From an uncultured Poribacteria bacterium (GTDB lineage: Bacteria; Poribacteria; WGA-4E; WGA-3G), in NCBI GenBank assembly GCA_951813565.1, contig OX638351.1:32001-96000 (forward strand): DNA of 64,000 nucleotides, given 5' to 3'. A program made the position numbers and the translations under genes. Positions 11,201 to 19,874 of this stretch are shown piece by piece (within the stretch, counting starts at the first letter, position 1; each line of letters starts with the position of its first letter). Under the pieces are notes generated by a model. It did not search any database. It was given only the letters and a program-made list of their open reading frames with translations, and was not told where the DNA came from.

Positions 11201-14200
11201 TCAGCAGTCGGTTCAATGGTAAACGTAACATCCGTTGGATACAGAGCTGGATCATCAGCGATTAAACTGACAGTGTAGCTACCATCTTCATCCGCAGCAA
11301 TAGAACCTGCTACATCGGCAACATCAGTGATGTTTGTCGGACCGAGTGGCGGCACATCATCAACATTGTCTAATGAGAAGAAAGCTTCCACACCATCACG
11401 ATCGTGATATTCACGACCATCGCGCGGTGGTTCTTCACGTTGATTCATGTTCTGAGGTGTAAGCGAAATTGCACGCACCTCATACTGGTTATACTCGCGT
11501 GTATCTTTGGAAGCATCGCGTTCAGCAGCATCACCACGTTTAATTGTATCATCCAGTTTGATGGTTTCATCCGGTTTGTCGGTGCCTTCCAGTGCCAAAT
11601 GACGGGTATCCGCTCTAACAGACCATTTCTGATAGCCTGCAGGGATTCCAGGAATTCCTACTTCCGATTCCCCACCAGACACAGTGCCTGCCTGCGTGAT
11701 TCCGACAAGACCTCCAACGATACCTGCCAAATCGGATTCATCAACCATAACAGGTGGTTCAACGGTTCCAGTAATACGTTCCCAAGTTGTATCACCTCGA
11801 CGTCTTCTTACCTCAAACCGAACGCCTTCTGTTAGTGGTGAAGTCATACCGTAGGTATACGCTGTGAAAAGGAGGTCCCCTTGCGGTGCGCCGCTGTCAG
11901 GATTCGTTTCCGTTTCCGGATTCAAATTTTCAACAGTGATAGCTATCACACCTGGATCGTGTCTGTAGGAGTTCATAACATTCACTGTGGTTTTGTTTTC
12001 AACAGTGTCTATTATTTCACCACTTTCGGCACGATCATGGGTCTGATCATTCATGTCCGCGTCATAAGCCAGAGCGTGGACTTGGAACGTAAAGACTCCA
12101 CCTTTTGGATTCTCAAATAATTCCTCTGAATTTTCGATATAACTGTCTTCAATATATCTATCATTGTAGACCAATTCGTCAGCATCCATGAGTGTGCCAA
12201 CATCAATCGTTACAGTAAAGACACCGCTACCTTCGGCAGTTTCGGTGATGTCTCCGATAATAGCATCTTCAGGAAGAGTTGTTAGTAACTTCACCGATGC
12301 ATAGGTGTTACGTGCGGCTGTTGGTGTAATGGTGAATGTAACGACAGGAGAGTTGACTTCCGGATCGTATTTATCAACGAGACCACCAACTGTGTAAGTT
12401 CCGTCACCATTGTCTATAAAGACACTGGTATCCTCATACGCGTCAGTCATTGTTGCGACAATGTTCGTCGGGCCGAGCGGACCAACGTCATCAACGTTGT
12501 CTAACGAGAATTTCTCGGTAAACATGTCACCTTCAGCGACTCCATCTGCATCGTCACCATCACTGGTAACTGGGTATGCACGCACCATATAGCGGTTGCC
12601 ATCCAGGTCCACATACGTCATTCCCCCAGCATGCGCAGCATCGAGATTCTCTTTAGTGATGCTGTCTGGCAAACCCAAAGCAACGGTATCTAAATCAAGA
12701 GACCATTGGATGTAGCTGCTGGTGTCATGAATATGTAACATATCGTCTTTATAGACATCTGCTAAAGTGTTACCTTTAAACATAACAGCGGTTATCTTAT
12801 CGCCATCAATGCCATGTTCAGGTTCAGTCATTACTTCAACAGTGCCAACATCTGTCCACGTTTCGCCATCCATACTGACATCAACACGAATAGAGTTAGT
12901 TGCTGGAACTGTCCGACGTGCAGCATATCCGGTAAGCATGATATTGCCTCTCGGTGCGCCACTATCAGGACTCGTATCATCTATGATAGATGCATCATCA
13001 ACCTCAACAACTAAGACCTTCGGATCAACTGGGAAAACGTCTGGATCAAGCGTGATCGGGAACGGATCAGATTCAGACGTGAGTTGGAGACCGTTGGTTG
13101 TTACAGTACGAACCATTACGGCATCGCCTGCCAAATCAGCAGGGGCACTCCAATCAATTGTAAGCGGATCTTCGGTAGCACCTTCACCTTCGACTAAATT
13201 AAGTCCGCCGATATTCTGCCAAGTGCCAGCCGCGTCCATATACTGGACCATGATAGTTCCTGGATGGACTGTGCGTTCATCTTCATCGACTGTAACGGTT
13301 AGCGTTACATCTCTGGCATTCTCATAGATAGTACCGCTTTCATACGGGTCATCTTTACCATTATGGTTGATGTCACCCAAACTTGCCATGGTAACGCTCG
13401 CCCTATCATATTCAGGCGCAACGATTTTAAGATGCGTTGGAGCAACATGAGAACCGACATTAAAGAGTGTATCAATACCCATTGCACGTATCCCGAAATT
13501 ACCTTCTAAGAGCTCTAAATTCTCACCTTGAATAGGCATCATCATGACACGTGTCGTATCATAGGTTATCGGTATCAAATTAAGGTCTTGAACTGCAGCA
13601 CCTATTAAATCAACAAGCAACGCGCTTTGTTCCTCAGTAAGTTTTATTCCAAAGGGTTTCAAAAACGGATTTGCGAACTGTTGAACCAACTGGGCGTTTA
13701 ACAGAGTTAACACATCATCCAATTCTAACGCCGCGGCCGCCTGTAGAGCCGGATCGGACTGTCCTTCCAACTGTTCTCTGACAATCTTCCAGATATCCGA
13801 TGCTACCATAGAATTCTCAACCGTCAAACGCAACCACGTATCTGCCGGATCCGGTTTACCGTTTTCGTCCAATGGAATCATTTGATAAATAAGATACCCT
13901 TTACCCTCACCTACGTCAGAACTTGAACTTGTAATGTTCAAATAAGCAGCACCTGCGTTAGGAGACGTGGCAACCCAAGCACCTGCGGAATTCTGATAAC
14001 CGGTAACGTTTTCTCCGAAGTTATGTTCACCGTCTCCAAACATAATGTCTGCTGCAGGAGCAGTGGTGTCCACCTCAAAGTCAACCATAATCCGATCCAC
14101 AGGTTCGTTATTTGCATTATATACAACGGCTTCTAAGTTAGAAGCACCATCATAAATTGAATCAATATTAGCAAACCAAAATGAACCCGTTTCTATATCA

Positions 14201-15900
14201 ACTTCTGGCACACTGAAGACAGAGGCTAACAACGGATCGAAATTTCCACCGCGATATACTACGCCATTTTCATCAGGTTTGCCTTCAAAGGGACTGGTCA
14301 ACCTGTTGACATTGCGGAAGAACAGATTCTGGAGCTTATTGATTTCTCTTTGTGGAATTGCATTTGCAATCGCTGCACCTTCTATTGGTTCGCCAGCATA
14401 AGCAGCAGCAATAAGTGGCCTAACTTCAGGTAAATTCAGAAGCGTAAACATAGCGGCCTGTAAATCCGCATCAAATAATGCTTCAATGATACCACGTTCT
14501 GCCAATTGAAGGTTGCGCGGATCGGGCATTGACCAGTTTTGGATTTCATATACCTTTATGACGTCTGCAGTAGACGTTCCAGCAGCAGCAATTTGAATAA
14601 GCGCTTCAGGATTTATCACCTCTAACTTCACTGGATTGGTAAGTGTCACTTCAAAATAGTAAAAGACATTACCTTTCGGATAAATTCCGAATTCAAATTC
14701 CCAAACACCATCGCTATTTCGTTCCATAGGATGGGAATCAAAGTCCTCTCCGTCTACCGAATACCGGAGTACAACGCTTGAGAAGATTTCGGTATCTGAA
14801 CCTGGCCATGCGGGTAGGTTCGCCGCTGCAAGCGATTCGTCCAATCGGAAGGTATAAGGAATAGTATCCTGTTGAAATTCAACTGGTGTAATCCTTTTAC
14901 CCTCTACTGTCCGGCCATTAAGATTAAATTTAACATTCCCACCTTCAAGCACAGATGGAACGCGTACATAAACGTTCAGGTTATCACTTGTCAGGTATTT
15001 TTTAACGTCAAAATTGCCGGTGGAAATATCAGCAAAGTCTGAGATAACAAGACTGGGCGTAATAGCATTCCCAAAGTTCTCAAAATCTAACTGCGATCCC
15101 TTTCCTTCAGCAAAAACAGAAAAAGGTTGTTGAGAAGCTAAAATCTGTTTAATCACACCCTTGGGGAGAATCCCCTGCGGGATTTGCGCTAAAATAAAAT
15201 CAACTACAGGCTCCACTAACGGGTCTGCACTTGATGCGGGTAATCCAGCTGCTTTAACAATTTCTCGAACAAAAGCTCTTCCAGAAACTCTGTTAAGTGA
15301 AAGACCACCAAGCCGTGACAGACCATTTAGGTTTGAAGGGGGAAGATCAACTGGCGGTTCAACCGGTGGATCAACTGGCGGTTCAACCGGTGGATCAACT
15401 GGCGGTTCAACCGGTGGATCAACTGGCGGTTCAACCGGTGGATCAACTGGCGGTTCAACCGGTGGATCAACTGGCGTTGCAGCAAGCAGTCCCTGGAGTT
15501 CCTTAACTGCCTCTGTGTCCTGCAGCAAAGTCCGAACTTTTGGGGCCTCTAAAAGTGCTCGGATATCTTGGTCATTTGTGAGTAAACCTATTTGTTCGTC
15601 TGTCACATCCGGCGCAACCTGTCTTATCAGAACAGGAGTTGCCAGTACCAAATCTAACGCAGGACCAAGTCCACCGAGTGCAACAATGGTAGGATTCTGT
15701 AAAGTTGCAGGATCGCTCAGTGCTGTGAGAACTTGATCGACCAGATCCTTAAGATCCTCACGCAAAAGCGTATCGCTGTATTCATCATACACCTGTTGGG
15801 CTAAAGACGCGTCATCTTGCCCAAACACAGTGCCTGGAATTGAACTGTGAAATATACACAATGTAAAAATCAAAAAACAAACAAGTGTTCGTTTTTTCAT
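5296..15900 (-). CDS. giant secreted surface protein (3534 aa) with ~17 Ig-like repeats and a T9SS-type-A-like/FlgD C-terminal domain
   Basis: Signal peptide, Pro-rich linker, repeated ~90-aa beta modules (P.V.I..P...F.YTP...L.DG.Y.....V.D.NG), C-terminal FNFPNPF...IYD...WDGK...GIYY. Confidence 0.85.
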   Translation of the reverse strand: MKKRTLVCFLIFTLCIFHSSIPGTVFGQDDASLAQQVYDEYSDTLLREDLKDLVDQVLTALSDPATLQNPTIVALGGLGPALDLVLATPVLIRQVAPDVTDEQIGLLTNDQDIRALLEAPKVRTLLQDTEAVKELQGLLAATPVDPPVEPPVDPPVEPPVDPPVEPPVDPPVEPPVDPPVEPPVDLPPSNLNGLSRLGGLSLNRVSGRAFVREIVKAAGLPASSADPLVEPVVDFILAQIPQGILPKGVIKQILASQQPFSVFAEGKGSQLDFENFGNAITPSLVISDFADISTGNFDVKKYLTSDNLNVYVRVPSVLEGGNVKFNLNGRTVEGKRITPVEFQQDTIPYTFRLDESLAAANLPAWPGSDTEIFSSVVLRYSVDGEDFDSHPMERNSDGVWEFEFGIYPKGNVFYYFEVTLTNPVKLEVINPEALIQIAAAGTSTADVIKVYEIQNWSMPDPRNLQLAERGIIEALFDADLQAAMFTLLNLPEVRPLIAAAYAGEPIEGAAIANAIPQREINKLQNLFFRNVNRLTSPFEGKPDENGVVYRGGNFDPLLASVFSVPEVDIETGSFWFANIDSIYDGASNLEAVVYNANNEPVDRIMVDFEVDTTAPAADIMFGDGEHNFGENVTGYQNSAGAWVATSPNAGAAYLNITSSSSDVGEGKGYLIYQMIPLDENGKPDPADTWLRLTVENSMVASDIWKIVREQLEGQSDPALQAAAALELDDVLTLLNAQLVQQFANPFLKPFGIKLTEEQSALLVDLIGAAVQDLNLIPITYDTTRVMMMPIQGENLELLEGNFGIRAMGIDTLFNVGSHVAPTHLKIVAPEYDRASVTMASLGDINHNGKDDPYESGTIYENARDVTLTVTVDEDERTVHPGTIMVQYMDAAGTWQNIGGLNLVEGEGATEDPLTIDWSAPADLAGDAVMVRTVTTNGLQLTSESDPFPITLDPDVFPVDPKVLVVEVDDASIIDDTSPDSGAPRGNIMLTGYAARRTVPATNSIRVDVSMDGETWTDVGTVEVMTEPEHGIDGDKITAVMFKGNTLADVYKDDMLHIHDTSSYIQWSLDLDTVALGLPDSITKENLDAAHAGGMTYVDLDGNRYMVRAYPVTSDGDDADGVAEGDMFTEKFSLDNVDDVGPLGPTNIVATMTDAYEDTSVFIDNGDGTYTVGGLVDKYDPEVNSPVVTFTITPTAARNTYASVKLLTTLPEDAIIGDITETAEGSGVFTVTIDVGTLMDADELVYNDRYIEDSYIENSEELFENPKGGVFTFQVHALAYDADMNDQTHDRAESGEIIDTVENKTTVNVMNSYRHDPGVIAITVENLNPETETNPDSGAPQGDLLFTAYTYGMTSPLTEGVRFEVRRRRGDTTWERITGTVEPPVMVDESDLAGIVGGLVGITQAGTVSGGESEVGIPGIPAGYQKWSVRADTRHLALEGTDKPDETIKLDDTIKRGDAAERDASKDTREYNQYEVRAISLTPQNMNQREEPPRDGREYHDRDGVEAFFSLDNVDDVPPLGPTNITDVADVAGSIAADEDGSYTVSLIADDPALYPTDVTFTIEPTADPNTYVGGKTVLVQTAPDGTVTETDGSLEEGSITIDVGLLANGPYMYHALVADEFGNVQVQGDMPSPVITVHVLNIRLSDITDLTVTAVDGESPDRHVLQETVGVLQGRFPLKESIAVSFNVNNGSLAVGDLTGVLVDGHEVTFTAGSDAENAFSLMADKLSELADGWYTPLGRITKRNGFLTFPLAMINLDNTGPTITIETPTEGVTVNDLPTLLASFIDLNPERDTDPTKPSGSGVSMADTAEVLLDRLRPEEVVQDAVPIPVDQSMVEQDIDSVVYTRTDKLAGGAYMFTVQVSDRLGNVGTQAVTFAVEGEDPIVIITAPASGQNFDHSPAEITGFFTGGGDVSITKFTINDADMTAEVDENNFTYMPTEALGDGDYTVAVEVTDGSGLTAETSLTFTVELPVPTATITTPAAGQVYDHGKPIIAGDFSGADHTPIAVALSIDNGEAIELVGSDNNQFTYTPIEALSDGPHVVTVVVTDANGRTAETSTDFTVNIPGPAVMIHVPDAGQMYDISRPVIHGEFSGVAAPVSLSLTLNGAAVTAAGDSMFTYTPTDALDDGEYTLVAEVTDANGKMAKATAIFTIRLPVPKVSIQTPTAGQVYEHGMPIITGDFSGADPVAGTLSIDGVAVMEVSGNEFTYTPTDALSDDPHVVTVVVTDANGRMAQASTEFTVDIPGPTVMIHVPDAGQMYDISRPVIHGEFSGVAAPVSLSLTLNGAAVTAAGDNTFTYTPTDALDDGEYTLVAEVTDANGKMAKATAIFTVRLPVPKVSIQTPTAGQVYEHGMPIIAGDFSGAAPIKVALSIDDGEAVELVGSDNNQFVYTPAEALSHGKYTVAVVVTDANGRTAKTSTDFMVDIPGPTVMIHVPDAGQMYDISDPVIQGEYSGVADIDSLILTLDGDVVSADADDGSKFAYTLPEKDVDNDGALEDGKYTLVAKVTDVNGKSADATAIFSIRLPVPKVSIQTPTAGQVYEHGMPIIAGDFSGAAPIKVTLSIDDGEAVELVGSDNNEFTYTPTDALSDGEHMVAVEITDANGRTAKTSTDFMVDIPGPTVMIHVPDAGQMYDISDPVIQGEYSGVADIDSLILTLDGDVVSADADDGSKFAYTLPEKDVDNDGALEDGKYTLVAKVTDVNGKSADATAIFSIRLPVPKVSIQTPTAGQVYEHGMPIIAGDFSGAAPIKVTLSIDEGEAVELVGSDNNEFTYTPTDALSDDPYVVTVVVTDANGRTAKTSTDFMVDIPGPTVMIHVPDAGQMYDISDPVIQGEYSGVADIDSLILTLDGDVVSADADDGSKFAYTLPEKDVDNDGALEDGKYTLVAKVTDVNGKSADATAIFSIRLPVPKVSIQTPTAGQVYEHGMPIIAGDFSGAAPIKVTLSIDEGEAVELVGSDNNEFTYTPTDALSDDPHVVTVVVTDANGRTAKTSTDFMVDIPGPSVAILSPAPGQTYDHGGPVIRGEFSGMTDVEVTTFTVNGEDAEREISEDNQFTYTPDPVLGNGEHAVFVEVTDENNKTAQATVVFNVKLDSTAPVISEVSPSGVVQLNKQNTLDENFAITIAAVITDDESALSSVKYVIDGQLPANSYPVERAESKFEVIESFTPGPHTIKLIVASEGGTREFSWQFTLEVDQSPPIISTITPAGTIHAGLPVISASATDDSGVEEMAIVVMDSNGEEVKGDTTDDDEDRTNAGITRLDFHPEAPLSEGTYSIEVRATDAFGNSSTSGGVFTVDFDTAAPIITTSSPQNGARLMYKHDEEARPTISITFADAETGVNVDSIKLVIEAPKWGGGTLVTPINLTDKQKSATQVVYTPAAPVFTDRLAPGEHVVKLEVSDNAQKQGNVSEESDGAREANTAVYQFSFFVEYTDAPILMKPFNFPNPFKDNTRISFGLNRMSTVRIVIYDATLRPVRVLRDNVVMNAGDYTGNNGIGWDGKTSGGEDLARGIYYCQIEVTDGFEPEYAILKLALTR
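6895..8898. repeat. ~3.5 near-identical 573-bp tandem repeats (two Ig domains each)
   Basis: CGGACCCGGTATATCCACCATGAAG starts at 6895, 7468, 8041 and 8614; identical shadow ORFs at 7187, 7760 and 8333. Confidence 0.95.
15345..15476. repeat. 24-bp tandem repeat x5.5 encoding a (PVDPPVEP)n linker
   Basis: GATCAACTGGCGGTTCAACCGGTG repeated exactly. Confidence 0.95.
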
Positions 15901-16523
15901 TAACTTTTCCTCCTCGTTAAGTCTACGCGAAAACGAGACTAAATACTGAAGTTTTTAGAATGGGCAAGCAGAAACACGATAAAACGACAGGAGGTAGGTG
16001 TCTGCCCATCTAAATTAACATCCTACTACCAAGTATTAAATTTTTTCCGTATACGTAACTCAACCCTTAGGATATAGTATCATATATCCGTAATATCAAG
16101 TCAAAAGCAGGCAAAATTGGGCACCGAAGTTCTGTATTGACCAGCGGGGAATCTCTATGGAAGGTTCACATAACAGATTCGAGTGATTACGTAACATAAA
16201 TTTATTGACTTAAAGTTTGATCATAATATAAGAACATCTGTTATTTTAACAAAAATGACAAATTAAGCAAGCATTTTAATCGGCACGCGGCGTTTAATTT
16301 TAGAAATTTGGTAAATTTCCCCGCCTATTTGTTTATCATCGATTAAATTGCAATCGGCATTTAATATAATACCATAATTTTAAAAGTATGTCAAATCAAA
16401 TTGGGAACTTTTTATTTAAAATTTCGGGCATATTTGGACAAAAATTCAATTTCCGATTGACATAATACCAAAAAACGAATAAATTGTCAACAAAAAAGAT
16501 TTCTGTTAAAGGAAAATCTATGT

Positions 16524-17264
16524 ATGTTAACAATTTCTGAAAAGTCTCAACTCGACCAAAACGGTTTTCTGCTTTTGAAAGATGTGGTCTCTGTGTCCAC
16601 AGTATCTCAACTCCGAGAACGCGCTTTGGAACTTGCCATAGCGGAACAAAAGACAGGTAAAAGCCATACCTATTTGCCAAACGGAACCGCACAACGTGTC
16701 TGGAATCTAATTGACAAAGGCGAGATATTTGAAGAGGCTATCCAACACCCTCAAATGCTCAATGCCATGGAATATCTACTCGGTTCAGACTGCACGCTGA
16801 GTTCATTCACAGTAAACATTCTTTACCCAGGCGCACCAGATGCGGGGCTACATATTGACTATCCGTTATCCGCACTTCCGACACCACGTCCCAATTTCCC
16901 TATGGTTGCAAATAGCGTCTGGTTTTTAGATGACTTTACAACTGAAAACGGGGCGACCAGCTGTGTGCCGGGTAGCCATCGAAGACTTGAAGCATTACCA
17001 GAAGGCGGCGTTGAATACGAAGACGAACAGCAAATTTGTGGCATCCAAGGTTCAGTACTAATTGTGAACGGTGCAGCTTGGCACGGTTCCTCCGAAAATA
17101 GAAGTGATACACCAAGAGTTGCGTTACTTGGTTTCTTCTGCCGTTCTATTTTAAAACCTCAACAAGATCATCTGAAGATTGTATCGGATGAAGTCATTGA
17201 ACGTGCAACGCCGACATTAAAACGTTTACTCGGTCTGAATTCATTACCAAGTCTTAACGCGTAA
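16524..17264 (+). CDS. phytanoyl-CoA dioxygenase (PhyH) family Fe(II)/2OG enzyme
   Basis: LHID, DDFTTENGAT..VPGSH, WHG..ENRS..PR motifs. Confidence 0.9.
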   Translation: MLTISEKSQLDQNGFLLLKDVVSVSTVSQLRERALELAIAEQKTGKSHTYLPNGTAQRVWNLIDKGEIFEEAIQHPQMLNAMEYLLGSDCTLSSFTVNILYPGAPDAGLHIDYPLSALPTPRPNFPMVANSVWFLDDFTTENGATSCVPGSHRRLEALPEGGVEYEDEQQICGIQGSVLIVNGAAWHGSSENRSDTPRVALLGFFCRSILKPQQDHLKIVSDEVIERATPTLKRLLGLNSLPSLNA

Positions 17265-17373
17265 GAACGGTTTTCGACTATCGCTTGCACAGTTCCCTAT
17301 TCTGCAGGCGCGCTATTCTACCCATTCTGTAAGCACGCTGTTTCAAAGTATCTGGATAATACCTTCTCAAATC

Positions 17374-18387
17374 TTACGGCGCAATCTTACTTTCTTCTGC
17401 CATAAGTATCCATTCAGGTTCAGATGTTTTTGGTGTAAGTTGATATCGAAGACGGGCCCTGAGTGTGTCACCACTGCTAACATTAAAAACAAACGTTCGC
17501 TTCTCATCAGGTTTAAGACGGTTTCGCCTTTTTTCAGAGATTAAAACCTGCTTTTTCTGATTCTGTGTCCCATTAGGCGCAAGGTGCATTACATCAAGAA
17601 CGATGATACGTAATGTCCCACCCGGTAAGAGGTGGCCCGCTTTGTTCTGAAGGGTCACAGTCGCTTTCTTATCCGCAAATTCAATTTTAAGTGCTGCAGC
17701 ATTTTTTAGCTGTGTGACGCTGCGGCTACCGCGCCACGTATGTTTCCTTCCAGTGATACTTTCGTAACTTGCTGTACTTTGTAACCGACTGACAAGCGGC
17801 ATGTGGCATGTAGCACAACTCTTGTTTTCAGTCGCGAATTTACTCTTGAGAAAACTGGATACCTGATCGTGTTCAGGGACGCTCGGTTGTCCATGACACG
17901 TAGCGCAAAGTTTTGTCGATTCTTTATAGATAGGGTTAGTTACATTTGCATGAAAATTGGTCTCGGCACTTGCCGGAGGACCTTGCATCGCACCATCCGA
18001 ATCGAGGTGGCACACAAGACATGAAACGCCAGAGTCACGTTGCACGTTACGCAATTTTGGCATTTTCCCAATACCTGTAACGAGGATTGGTTTTGGTGCA
18101 TGGCACGGATCACAACTTTTTTCTCTGCCAGCAACCTGTTTTGCTGCTTCCTGATATATTTCGTCTACCCATGCTTGCGCGTGTATCGATTTTTCCCATT
18201 CACGCCAAATTGCTGGGTGGCAACTTTTACACTTGCCATCCTTAAACGCTTGATACATCTCCTTATGTTGATTCTCATCACTCTCTACATCGGATATAAA
18301 GTTTCCGAAGAATACTAAAACACTCAATCCTAATAGAGATAGACACAACCCCAAGATGCATCGTCGAAAATTTAAAGTATAACGCAT
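17374..18387 (-). CDS. pentaheme c-type cytochrome with N-terminal signal/anchor
   Basis: Five CxxCH motifs (CKSCH, CDPCH, CLVCH, CATCH x2); W..S.HA motif. Confidence 0.9.
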   Translation of the reverse strand: MRYTLNFRRCILGLCLSLLGLSVLVFFGNFISDVESDENQHKEMYQAFKDGKCKSCHPAIWREWEKSIHAQAWVDEIYQEAAKQVAGREKSCDPCHAPKPILVTGIGKMPKLRNVQRDSGVSCLVCHLDSDGAMQGPPASAETNFHANVTNPIYKESTKLCATCHGQPSVPEHDQVSSFLKSKFATENKSCATCHMPLVSRLQSTASYESITGRKHTWRGSRSVTQLKNAAALKIEFADKKATVTLQNKAGHLLPGGTLRIIVLDVMHLAPNGTQNQKKQVLISEKRRNRLKPDEKRTFVFNVSSGDTLRARLRYQLTPKTSEPEWILMAEESKIAP

Positions 18388-18396
18388 CTCTGTTCC

Positions 18397-19827
18397 CTAT
18401 ATTGTATCAAGTAGTTTCAATGCTGCTTGCTCACCGCTGTGTATACAATCTGGAATACCGATGCCGTGGTACGCATTGCCTGCTAAGGCGAGACCGGGCA
18501 AGCCTTTCGCGAGTTCATCAATTTCACGGACAAGTTTTTGGTGTCCAACCAGATATTGTGCCATCGCTTGTGAATGTTCACTAACAAGAAAAAAAAGAGG
18601 TTCCTTTTTGATTCCAAGCAATTTCGATACATCCTTTAATGCAGAGGAAACTAAATCTATTTGTGTCCTATTTTTATTCACATTATTTGAAAAAGTGTTT
18701 CCGCCTATAAATACGCGTAATAGCACGGAGTTCATAGGCGCGCGATTTTCAAATTTAACGCTGCTAAATGAACACCCAACGAGGTTAAGCTGTTCTGTGA
18801 TGGGAACAACAAACCCCATCCCATTGAGCGGGTGAGAGATATCCTCACGACGGAAAGCTAAATTAACTGTTGCAGATGATGTATAAGGAATCGCAGAGAG
18901 TTTTTTGGCAAGCGGCGGTGCAACCTCAGACAAAATATTGCTTGTTCGTGGTGCGGGCAACGCAATGCAGAGTAAGTCTGATTCTAACACTTCGCCATTT
19001 TCAAGGCAAACGCGCCACCCCTTTTTATTTTCTTTTTCTTCAATAGTGCCTACACAGGATAAAAAACGGATACATTCCGCGAGTTTTGCGGCGAGTGTGT
19101 CTACCAACGTCTGCATCCCGTCTGCAAAAGATAAAAATAGACTATAACGTGCCCCGCTTGTCCCACGGCTTGCTTGGGTGGCTTTCCGTTTTTGTGTTAA
19201 GAGTGCTTTGATAATGCTGCCGTGTTCTTGTTCCATTTCCAAGAATCTTGGAAACGTCGCTTTGAGACTTAGATTTTCTGCATCCGAGGTGTAGATGCCG
19301 CCTATCATCGGTTGTGCCATCCGCTCAAACGCCTCGTTTCCGAGTCTGCGTCTAACGAAATCTGCAACCGATTCATCATCTATACCGCTGCGAGGGGAAA
19401 TAAAAAGGTCAAGTGCTATACGGAGTTTACCCGGTAAACTGAAGATAGGGCTTTTTAAAAAAGGCCCGAACGATCCCGGTGCCATCATGTAAAAACCTTC
19501 AGGGACCGGTAGTAGTTTCCCTTTACGGAGGACAAAACTCCGTCTTACCTTTGGGTTAGTGCCTATCAGTTTATCTGTAAGACCGAGCTCTTCACACAAC
19601 GCTTTTGCCCACGGTTTTGTTGTGATGAAGGCATCAGGACCGTGCTCTATGATGAATCCATCTCGGTGTTCCGTTTGAATAACACCGCCTACTCTGTTGC
19701 TTGCTTCAAGCAGACTAATCTCAAGAGGAATCTCCCTATTTTCTGCTTCGCGTTTCAGACGATAAGCAGCAGCTAAACCTGTGATTCCGCCGCCGATAAC
19801 AATTGCACGTTTCTGCTCCTGCGCCAT
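18397..19827 (-). CDS. hemY: HemY-type protoporphyrinogen/coproporphyrinogen oxidase
   Basis: GGGITGLAAAY, EHGPDAF, PMIGGIY, GIGIPDCI. Confidence 0.93.
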   Translation of the reverse strand: MAQEQKRAIVIGGGITGLAAAYRLKREAENREIPLEISLLEASNRVGGVIQTEHRDGFIIEHGPDAFITTKPWAKALCEELGLTDKLIGTNPKVRRSFVLRKGKLLPVPEGFYMMAPGSFGPFLKSPIFSLPGKLRIALDLFISPRSGIDDESVADFVRRRLGNEAFERMAQPMIGGIYTSDAENLSLKATFPRFLEMEQEHGSIIKALLTQKRKATQASRGTSGARYSLFLSFADGMQTLVDTLAAKLAECIRFLSCVGTIEEKENKKGWRVCLENGEVLESDLLCIALPAPRTSNILSEVAPPLAKKLSAIPYTSSATVNLAFRREDISHPLNGMGFVVPITEQLNLVGCSFSSVKFENRAPMNSVLLRVFIGGNTFSNNVNKNRTQIDLVSSALKDVSKLLGIKKEPLFFLVSEHSQAMAQYLVGHQKLVREIDELAKGLPGLALAGNAYHGIGIPDCIHSGEQAALKLLDTI

Positions 19828-19874
19828 CAGAGTATTCCTTAGAATGCAAACAGGTTAGTACTTAAAACGTAATC

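Noticed and set aside
15161..15736. (STGG)n and (QPVDQLAV)n repeat ORFs
   Set aside because: Antisense readings of the PVDPPVEP linker.
15901..16520. Riboswitch upstream of the giant gene
   Set aside because: A GGCAAA motif and weak hairpins are present, but no c-di-GMP or other aptamer core could be matched by eye; needs an Infernal search.
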